Positions 56,913-64,000 of a stretch of 64,000 nucleotides of DNA are shown here, piece by piece; the stretch's first letter is position 1; the number at the start of each line of letters is the position of its first letter. The notes below the pieces were generated by a model. That model had not been told where the DNA came from and ran no database searches. It saw nothing but the letters and a program-made list of their open reading frames with translations. The DNA lies in the NCBI GenBank assembly GCA_963664405.1, contig OY761158.1:2016001-2080000 (forward strand). The letters run 5' to 3'. The DNA is from Thermoanaerobaculia bacterium (GTDB lineage: Bacteria > Acidobacteriota > Thermoanaerobaculia > Multivoradales > Multivoraceae). The translations under genes were made by a program, and so were the position numbers.

Positions 56913-57917
56913 ATGAAGGTCGATGCACCAGTCCCCGCGGATCTAGCGCGAGTGGGTTCGGAGGCGCAGCGCCTCGAAGCCTTGGGTTACGACGGCTTGC
57001 GAGTAGCGGAGCTCAATCACGACCCTTTCATGCCACTGGCCCTGGCGGCAGAGCACACTGAGAAAATCGAGCTGGTGACCTCGGTTGCGGTTGCCTTCGC
57101 CCGCAATCCGATGTCGATGGCGATCTTGGCGCACGATCTCAATGCCTACTCAGGTGGGCGTTTGGTGCTTGGCTTGGGCTCCCAAGTCAGGCCACACATC
57201 GAGCGCAGATTCAGTATGCCTTGGCACAGGGCGGCGCGCCAGATGCGTGAGTTCATCGAAGCGATGGAGGCGATCTTCGACTGCTGGTACGAAGGCCGGC
57301 GGCTCGAGTTCGAGGGTGAGTACTACCAGCACACCTTGATGCCGGCGACCTTCACCCCGGAGAACACCGAGGGACCCCGACCAAAGATTGTCCTATCGGC
57401 AACGGGCCCTCTGATGACCAAAGTCGCGGCGGAGATCGCCGACGGCATGATCATGCATCCGTTCTCGAGCGAGAAGTACATGCGCGAAGTGACCCTCCCG
57501 GCGATCGAGGAGGGCCTTCGAGCGAGCGGGCGAACCCTGGGCGACTTCACTCTCGACTACGCGCCACTGATCGCAACCGGCGCAACCGAAGAGTCGCTCG
57601 AGCGAGCAGTAGCAGCAGTCCGAGACCGAATTGCGTTCTACGGTTGCACCGTAGCGTACAAACCGGTCCTGGACATCCATGGTTGGGGCGATTTGCAACC
57701 TGAGCTGATCGCGCTCAATCGTGAGCATCGCAAAGAAGAGATGGCGCAGCTCATCCCCGACGAGATCCTAGGTACGCTGGCGATCATCGGCCGTCCCGAA
57801 GTGGTTGTGGACACGATGAAGGCTCGTTTCGGAGGATTGATCGACCGCACCGGCTTCAGCGCTCCCGACCTCTCGGACAACGAGACGAAGGTACTCCTCG
57901 AGCGCCTCCGCAGCTAG
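56913..57917 (+). CDS. LLM-class oxidoreductase, probable F420-dependent (TIGR03617-like)
   Basis: HDPFMPLALAAEHT, AFARNPM, LGLGSQVRPHIERRFSMPW, RIAFYG; GGAGG RBS. Confidence 0.85.
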   Translation: MKVDAPVPADLARVGSEAQRLEALGYDGLRVAELNHDPFMPLALAAEHTEKIELVTSVAVAFARNPMSMAILAHDLNAYSGGRLVLGLGSQVRPHIERRFSMPWHRAARQMREFIEAMEAIFDCWYEGRRLEFEGEYYQHTLMPATFTPENTEGPRPKIVLSATGPLMTKVAAEIADGMIMHPFSSEKYMREVTLPAIEEGLRASGRTLGDFTLDYAPLIATGATEESLERAVAAVRDRIAFYGCTVAYKPVLDIHGWGDLQPELIALNREHRKEEMAQLIPDEILGTLAIIGRPEVVVDTMKARFGGLIDRTGFSAPDLSDNETKVLLERLRS

Positions 57918-58072
57918 TGTAGTGCGTCAATCAGCCACCCGGCCACCCGATAGGGGTGCCACCCTCTCTGCGAAGAAGCGTCCGCTGAACGCCGAGGACC
58001 CGTCGGCCTCAGCCTCCTGCAAGGTGTTCGCCCCCGATCACGTCCTCTACTTTCAGGAGGACCCAGGCACCG

Positions 58073-59008
58073 ATGCGGAAATTCAGAGGATTAGTTGCAA
58101 ATCGCCTTGTCGAAGTCACCACCCGGACGTTTCAGGGTCGCTTCCTACTCAGCCCCTCCCCCGAAGTGAATCGGACCATAAAAGGGGTCATCGGCCGGGG
58201 TCAGAGACGGACCGGAATCGACATCTGTGGCCTCGCCTTCATGTCCAATCACGCCCACATGCTCCTCGTCCCGGAGAGCACTGAACAGCTCAGCGAGTTC
58301 ATGGGATTCGTCAACGGCAACATCGCTCGCAAAGTTGGGCCGCTGCAGGGTTGGCGGGGCAAGCTCTGGGAGCGGCGCTACCAGCACATCATCATCTCCG
58401 ACGAGCCCGAAGCTCAGATCGCTCGTCTGAAGTACCTCTTCTCCCAAGGCACCAAAGAGGGCTTGGTGCGCCATCCCATGGACTGGCCCGGGGTTCACTC
58501 CGCCGGCGCGAGCCGACGAGGCTACCCCGAGATGACAGGGGGCGTGTGGCATGACCAGACGGCCGAAGGCAAGGCTCGAAGATCCGGTAAAATATTGACT
58601 CCCAAGGAGTTCCTCTTCGAAGAGGTGATCCGGCTGAGTCTCGTGCCGTGTCTAAGAGATTGGAACCCAGGGCCGAGGCTGGGGCTCATCGACCAGCTCC
58701 AACACGAGTGCGAACAGAAAGGCCGTCAGCTTCGTGAGGAGACAGGTAGACCTCCCATGGGGCCGAAGAAGATCCTCATGCAGGTCCCGGACTTCCAGCC
58801 AAAGGAGCTGGATCGATCGCCAGCACCGGCCTTTCACGCGGCTTCAAAAGAGGCCTTCCGGAAGCTCAGAGAAGAGTACCGAGAGTTCGTTAGTCTCTAC
58901 TGTGAGTGTGCGGAGAAGCTCAAAGAAGGTGGGCTCGAGGTGACCTTTCCACCTGGATGTTTCCCGCCCCACCTTCCCTACGTCCCAGAGGTTCGAGCAG
59001 GACCGTAG
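58073..59008 (+). mobile_element. Stand-alone HUH/Y1 tyrosine transposase (RAYT/IS200-like) with C-terminal extension
   Basis: EVTTRT, MSNHAHML (HUH), LWERRY, likely catalytic Y in LKYLF, GLV...DWPG; no tnpB adjacent. Confidence 0.82.
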
Positions 59009-59157
59009 CCATCGGCCCGATCGCAGATGAGCTTCGCAGAGCAGCTCTCAAGTGAGAGGCCGTAGAACGGAGCTGCGTCCTGCAATCGCCGTTTTGGCGC
59101 CTCTCGCCTCCCAACGCAACGCAAAAGCCCAAGACCACCGATTCTGACCTTATTTGT

Positions 59158-59218
59158 CGACCTGTGGAGAGAATCTGCGACCTGTGGAGAGAATCTGCGG
59201 CCCCAAAAGGGTCGCAGA
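59158..59218. repeat. 20-bp tandem duplication followed by a hairpin
   Basis: CGACCTGTGGAGAGAATCTG x2 (59158-59197), then TCTGCGGCCC-CAAAA-GGGTCGCAGA (59194-59218). Confidence 0.8.
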
Positions 59219-59398
59219 AGTTCATTCTCTGAATCTCCGTTGAGCGCGGTTTAAAGAGGGTGGAACCATTTTCGACTAGCTTCCGCGCTGCCGGCCTTCG
59301 AGACCCAGAGGTCTCCTATCTCTGTCTTTCGATCAGATCATCAGATCCCTCCTTCGTCTCGCACTGCCAGCCGATTATCGGCGCTTCCTTGCGGACGG

Positions 59399-59448
59399 TT
59401 GACACGGATACCCCTTAGGGGTATATTAGATACCCTCAAGGGGTATCT
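59399..59448 (+). promoter_or_regulatory. Sigma70 promoter overlapped by two CsoR-type operators
   Basis: TTGACA (59399)-N17-TATATT (59422); palindromes ATACCCC-TTA-GGGGTAT (59408-59424) and AGATACCC-TCAAG-GGGTATCT (59428-59448). Confidence 0.88.
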
Positions 59449-59459
59449 GGAACTCTCCG

Positions 59460-59750
59460 ATGATGGACGATCAAACCAAACGCAAGGCCCGTGCGCGGCT
59501 GAAGCGAATCGAAGGGCAGGTCGCTGCTCTCGGCCGGATGCTCGACGCTGATGCGGACTGCGTCGACGTACTCATACAGATCTCCGCCGCTCAGGGCGCA
59601 CTCGCCGGTGCCGGGCAACTAATTCTGGGTCAGCACATCGAGAGCTGCGTCAGCGAGGCCTTTCGCCATGGCGACGAGGCTGAGCGGGCACTCAAGATCG
59701 AAGAATTGATGGATGTGTTCTCTCGCTACGGCCGCATGGAGAGCCGCTGA
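59460..59750 (+). CDS. csoR: CsoR/RcnR family metal-sensing repressor
   Basis: RLKRIEGQV, DCVDVLIQISA, QHIESC: the Cys-His-Cys ligand set of Cu(I)-sensing CsoR. Confidence 0.88.
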   Translation: MMDDQTKRKARARLKRIEGQVAALGRMLDADADCVDVLIQISAAQGALAGAGQLILGQHIESCVSEAFRHGDEAERALKIEELMDVFSRYGRMESR

Positions 59751-60952
59751 TGCTGACCGCGATGTGGAGCATTACGCTCTCTCTGGCGCCTTGGCTGCTG
59801 CTGGGCATGGCGATCGCCGGCATTCTGCACGTAGCTCTCCCCAAGGGTTTCGTTCAGCGACACCTCGGCGGCCGCGGAGGCGTGGCCAAGGCGGTGGCCC
59901 TAGGCGTTCCACTGCCTCTCTGCTCTTGCGGCGTCATCCCCGCAGGGCTCGGCCTTCGCAGAGACGGCGCCAGCCAGGGCGCGACGGTCGGATTCCTCAT
60001 CAGCACACCGCAGACCGGTGTCGACTCCATCCTGGTCAGCGCATCGTTTCTCGGCTGGCCCTTTGCCGTCTTCAAACTAGTCTCTGCGACGGTCACAGGT
60101 CTGGTCGGCGGATGGATCGCGGACCGCGTTAGCGAGCCCACGAAGATCGAGTCGGCCACTCCCCTACCGGCCGAGAGCTCGACCGAGCGGCCCCGCTTTC
60201 CTACCATGTTCGCCCACGCTTTCGACATCCTGCGCTCGATATGGCGATGGATCGTCTTCGGCGTTGTTGCCTCCGCCGCAATTGAAGCCTTCGTGCCCGA
60301 TGGCTTCTTCACCGGTCTCTCCGAGATGGGCACTCTGGTGCCGATCCTGGCCTCTCTCGCGGTCTCGCTCCCTCTCTATGTCTGCGCCACCGCTTCGGTA
60401 CCCATAGCGGCTGCCCTAGTCGCTGGCGGGATGCCAGGAGGCGCCGCCCTGGTATTTCTCATGGCGGGGCCCGCGACCAACATCGCGACCATCGGCGCGA
60501 TCCATCGCGCACTAGGCAGCCGGACCCTCGCGGTCTACCTGACCACCATCATCGGGGGCAGCGTGCTGGCAGGAACTGCCTTCGACTCGGTCCTCGCAGC
60601 CGAGGCCATCGCCCTTCCCCACTCCCACGCCGAGGCGACCTGGTGGGCGGTAGCGAGTGCGGTGGTACTGCTCGGGATGATCGCCTGGTTCGCCTTCAGC
60701 GATCTACGCCTCTTGATCTCCAGGCAACGCAGCGAGTCGGGCCCGGCGGAGATCGAGATCGAAGTGGGTGGCATGGTCTGCGACGGCTGCGCCTCGCGCC
60801 TCGAGCGCGCTCTGCTCGCCGAAGAAGGCGTCGCCGGAGCGAGCGTGACCCTGGAACCGGGGCTGGCCAAGGTTCACGGGGCCATCGCGCGAGAGGCTGT
60901 CGTCGAGACCATCTGTCGCGAAGGCTTCAAGGTCGCCGAGGCCCACGCCTGA
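59750..60952 (+). CDS. ArsP/DUF318-type permease fused to a C-terminal HMA domain
   Basis: PLPLCSCGVIP, FLISTP, PLYVCATASVP, GPATN; C-terminal GMVCDGC. Confidence 0.88.
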   Translation: MLTAMWSITLSLAPWLLLGMAIAGILHVALPKGFVQRHLGGRGGVAKAVALGVPLPLCSCGVIPAGLGLRRDGASQGATVGFLISTPQTGVDSILVSASFLGWPFAVFKLVSATVTGLVGGWIADRVSEPTKIESATPLPAESSTERPRFPTMFAHAFDILRSIWRWIVFGVVASAAIEAFVPDGFFTGLSEMGTLVPILASLAVSLPLYVCATASVPIAAALVAGGMPGGAALVFLMAGPATNIATIGAIHRALGSRTLAVYLTTIIGGSVLAGTAFDSVLAAEAIALPHSHAEATWWAVASAVVLLGMIAWFAFSDLRLLISRQRSESGPAEIEIEVGGMVCDGCASRLERALLAEEGVAGASVTLEPGLAKVHGAIAREAVVETICREGFKVAEAHA

Positions 60953-62168
60953 CGATCACGCCGTCCTTCATCACCAGGGAGAGATCCCGCCCGTTGGAGG
61001 CCAGCAGGCCGAGGTTCTGTAGCGGATTCCCGGCGACCACCACGAGATCGGCCAGAGCACCCTCCCGCACCACACCGATCTCCCCCTCCTGTCCCAGGAT
61101 CTCGGCCCCCACCGCGGTCGCCGAGTGGAGAATCTCGAACGGCGAGAGTACCTCTGCCCGCATCGTGAACTCGGTGCCCTGTCGAGTGTGCATCTCGGCC
61201 AGAAGATCGGTGCCGAAGCCCAGCTTCAGCCCGGCTCGCTGCATCGTTTCCAGCCCTCCATAGGCGAGATCGATAATCGCCTCCATCTTGTCGAGGCTGG
61301 TCTGCCCGATACCCATCGCCCTGCCTTGCTCGCGGATCGCACCCATCACCGAGAAGGTGGGAACGATGAAGGCGCCCCGCTCCTTGACCTCTCCGGCGGT
61401 GCCCTCCGAGATCAGGGTCCCATGCTCGATAGTGCGCACGCCGAGTCGCACCGATCGCAGAACCGCTTCATCGGGATGACAGTGCGCCGCGACGTAGACG
61501 CCCCGCCGCTCGCACTCTTCGACGATGGCAGCAATCTCGGCATCCGAGTATTGACAGCGATCGATCGGGTCGCTTGGGCTCATCACTCCACCCGAGCCCA
61601 TGATCTTGATGTGATGCGCACCCTTGCGGAGCTCTTCGCGAACCGCCTTGGTGCACTCATCGACGCCGTCCGCCAGAATCGAGAGCTCGTTCTTCTGCGC
61701 TCCGCAGAGGCAGAGATCGTTACTGGGCAGGCCGGGACTGCGGAAGTCACCGTGGCCCCCGGTCTGCGACAGCGCCAAACCGCCGTAAAAGAAGCGTGGT
61801 CCCTCGACCCAACCCTTAGCAAGCGCCATCGCCAGCCCGTGGTCACCGCCGGCGATGTCACGCACGGTGGTGAATCCGCAATCGAGGATGTTGGCGAGGA
61901 ACGTGGCCGCGTAGTGCGCGTAATAGGTCGCCGGTCGATCACCGCTACCCAGTCGCACCGAATAGGCGTAGGCATGCACATGGCAATCGATCATGCCGGG
62001 CATCAGGGTTTTTCCGGCGCAGTCAACGACCTCCGCATCGGCGATCCCGATCGGCGCGTCGGAGACTTCCTTGATCCGGTTGCCCTCGACCAGAACGAAC
62101 ATCGGCTCCCGTACTTCGGGGCTGTGGCCGTCGAAGAGTGTGGCGTTCTCGAACAAGACTGTCGTCAT
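60927..62168 (-). CDS. Amidohydrolase family protein (prolidase-like)
   Basis: MPGMIDCHVH, GFTTVRD, TGGHGD, IKIMGSGG, IEHG, FGTD; ATG 62168. Confidence 0.92.
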   Translation of the reverse strand: MTTVLFENATLFDGHSPEVREPMFVLVEGNRIKEVSDAPIGIADAEVVDCAGKTLMPGMIDCHVHAYAYSVRLGSGDRPATYYAHYAATFLANILDCGFTTVRDIAGGDHGLAMALAKGWVEGPRFFYGGLALSQTGGHGDFRSPGLPSNDLCLCGAQKNELSILADGVDECTKAVREELRKGAHHIKIMGSGGVMSPSDPIDRCQYSDAEIAAIVEECERRGVYVAAHCHPDEAVLRSVRLGVRTIEHGTLISEGTAGEVKERGAFIVPTFSVMGAIREQGRAMGIGQTSLDKMEAIIDLAYGGLETMQRAGLKLGFGTDLLAEMHTRQGTEFTMRAEVLSPFEILHSATAVGAEILGQEGEIGVVREGALADLVVVAGNPLQNLGLLASNGRDLSLVMKDGVIVRRGPRRP

Positions 62169-62184
62169 AGACTCTAGTGTCCTG

Positions 62185-63636
62185 GGCGGATTCAACTGGT
62201 CGTCGCAACATCTCGTGATGGAGGTGTTTCGATGGGAGTTGGCAAGTGTCAGGGTGCGATTCGAGCGATGCGTGGCCAGATGCGGTCACCTGGCCGGCCC
62301 TCGACAGCGCGGCGCGAGGACCGGATCCGGTTCTGGGAGACGATCGCTCGTGGGGCGTCCAGCGAGGACGCCGCAACAGAGGCTGGGGTGTCGCCGGCTG
62401 TCGGGTCGAGATGGTTCAGGCAAGCTGGTGGAATGCGACCTATCTCGTTGGCTCCGGTGTCGGGGCGTTATCTGTCGTTCGCCGAGCGTGAAGAGATCGC
62501 CATCCTTCACGCTCAGCATGTTGGGGTACGTGAGATCGCTCGCCGCCTGGGTCGTTCACCGTCGACGATTTCGCGGGAGCTGCGCCGCAACGCGGCGACT
62601 CGCAGCCGTGCCGTAACTTATCGGGCCACGACTGCGCAGTGGCACGCGGAGCGGCGCGCCAGCCGTCCGAAGGTCTCCAAGCTTGCCGCGAACGATGCCT
62701 TGCGTGAGTACGTGCAGAACCGCCTCGCCGGCGTGATCGCAAGGCCTGACGGGGAGCTGGTGCCGGGTCCGGATGTGCGTTGGATCGGCCGTCGGCACGG
62801 CCGTCGCCAGGATCGGCGTTGGGCGAAATCCTGGAGTCCGGAGCAGATCTCGAACCGGCTTCGGATTGATTTCCCCCATAATGAGTCGATGCGGATCTCT
62901 CACGAGGCGATCTACCAAGCGCTCTACATCCAAGGTCGAGGAGCCCTCAAACGCGAGCTCGTCGCGTGCCTGCGAACCGGGCGAGCGCTACGAGTGCCGC
63001 ATGCGCGAACCCGGGGGAGAGGCAAGAAATTTGTAACTCCGGAGATCATGATCAGCGAACGCCCCGCCGAAGCCGGCGACAGGGCCGTGCCGGGTCACTG
63101 GGAAGGCGACCTGATCGTCGGGCTCGAGAGCTCAGCGATCGGGACCCTCGTCGAACGCACTACGCGGTTCACGATGCTGCTGCACCTGCCCCGCATGGAA
63201 GGGCACGGGACCGAATCGAGGGTGAAGAACGGGCCGGCCCTCGCCGGGCACGGCGCCGAAGCCGTCCGTGACGCGATCGCGGTGTCAATCACCACGCTGC
63301 CCGAGCAGCTCCGCCGGTCCTTGACCTGGGACCAGGGCGCCGAGATGGCTCAACACGCTCAACTCCGCGTCGATACCGGCCTCGCGATCTACTTCTGCGA
63401 CCCGCACAGCCCCTGGCAGCGGGGCACCAACGAGAACACCAACGGACTACTACGCCAGTACTTCCCGAAGGGCACCGACCTTGTCAGATACTCCTGCGAC
63501 GACCTCGCCGCGGTCGCGCTCGCACTCAACGGCCGACCCCGCAAGACCCTCGGCTGGAGAACCCCTGCCGAAGTCTTCGATGAGCTTGTACACTCTGCTC
63601 ACCAAGGCAACGCTGCGACGACTCCTTGAACCCAAG
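62185..63636 (+). mobile_element. IS30-family insertion sequence
   Basis: Imperfect 26-bp IRs GGCGGATTCAACTGGTCGTCGCAACA / CGCTGCGACGACTCCTTGAACCCAAG around the transposase. Confidence 0.88.
62232..63629 (+). CDS. IS30-family DDE transposase
   Basis: LGRSPSTISRELRRN, WSPEQI, ISHEAIY, GHWEGDL, TWDQGAE, PWQRGTNENTNGLLRQYFPKG. Confidence 0.95.
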   Translation: MGVGKCQGAIRAMRGQMRSPGRPSTARREDRIRFWETIARGASSEDAATEAGVSPAVGSRWFRQAGGMRPISLAPVSGRYLSFAEREEIAILHAQHVGVREIARRLGRSPSTISRELRRNAATRSRAVTYRATTAQWHAERRASRPKVSKLAANDALREYVQNRLAGVIARPDGELVPGPDVRWIGRRHGRRQDRRWAKSWSPEQISNRLRIDFPHNESMRISHEAIYQALYIQGRGALKRELVACLRTGRALRVPHARTRGRGKKFVTPEIMISERPAEAGDRAVPGHWEGDLIVGLESSAIGTLVERTTRFTMLLHLPRMEGHGTESRVKNGPALAGHGAEAVRDAIAVSITTLPEQLRRSLTWDQGAEMAQHAQLRVDTGLAIYFCDPHSPWQRGTNENTNGLLRQYFPKGTDLVRYSCDDLAAVALALNGRPRKTLGWRTPAEVFDELVHSAHQGNAATTP

Positions 63637-63900
63637 CAGTACGCCTCGAAGGCTTACCAGGATCGGCTGGCTGAGCTGCGGTTTCGCTGCAGCATGTCCG
63701 GCGTCGGAAATTGTTATGACAATGCGGTCTTGGAGAGCTTCTTCGACAGTCTCAAGACCGAGGTCTGGGACCGACCCTTCGAGACTCGTCAGCGAGCTCA
63801 CGACGAAGCGGTTTCTTACCTCGAAGTGTTCTACAACCTGAGACGCCAGCATTCGACGCTCGGATTCCTGAGCCCCGAGGCCTTCGAAGGGGCAGCGTGA
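63637..63900 (+). pseudogene. IS3-family integrase C-terminal remnant
   Basis: QYAS...SMSGVGNCYDNAVLESFFDSLKTE...FYNLRRQHSTLGFLSPEAFE; starts directly after the IS30 right IR. Confidence 0.88.
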
Positions 63901-64000
63901 ACTCACGCGCGACCGGCGGTCGGATCCGAAGGGAGGCTGCGCTCCCCGAACCTCGCACAGCCTCGTCCGAAGCTGACTACCCGAACTGATGCAGAATAGG

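Noticed and set aside
57914-59279. CTAG...CTAG as terminal inverted repeats of the HUH element
   Set aside because: Only 5 bp (CTAGT) match, and HUH elements do not use TIRs.
8646-61000. Many long antisense or alternate-frame ORFs (e.g. 8646-9950, 11680-13386, 21147-22559, 26366-27337, 28257-29333)
   Set aside because: They shadow well-supported genes and are expected from high-GC codon bias; no recognisable motifs.

Overview
GC-rich bacterial chromosomal window. The gene families present (VWA protein, DUF1592/DUF1552/ankyrin operon, DUF6152 with 'PDxSGxW' proteins, PQQ dehydrogenase + diheme cytochrome pair) suggest an Acidobacteriota, possibly Thermoanaerobaculia-like, host; this is an inference. 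In order it holds: the end of an RND efflux operon; a sulfatase-comD-comE-sulfatase operon; an OprO/P porin and a carboxylesterase; an ~18 kb periplasmic redox cluster (three PQQ-dependent dehydrogenases, two with the lanthanide-type D-x-D motif, a diheme cytochrome c, a Tat Rieske protein, DUF6152 with two companions, three DUF3604 metallohydrolases, two tandemly duplicated); Ldh_2 and ThDP enzymes; purU; a frameshifted PA-domain zinc peptidase with Pro/Thr repeats; a DUF1592-DUF1552-ankyrin operon; acyl-CoA catabolism genes; an F420-type LLM; a stand-alone HUH (RAYT-like) transposase; a CsoR regulon with a clear promoter and double operator; and an IS30 element joined to an IS3 remnant. The most striking unannotated signal is five dispersed 125-190 bp nested-hairpin elements that share a central core but have different terminal arms. 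Four sit exactly on stop codons. The fifth is inserted in frame (+54 codons, TA duplication) into the signal-peptide region of a sulfatase. All calls come from reading motifs by eye; no searches were run.
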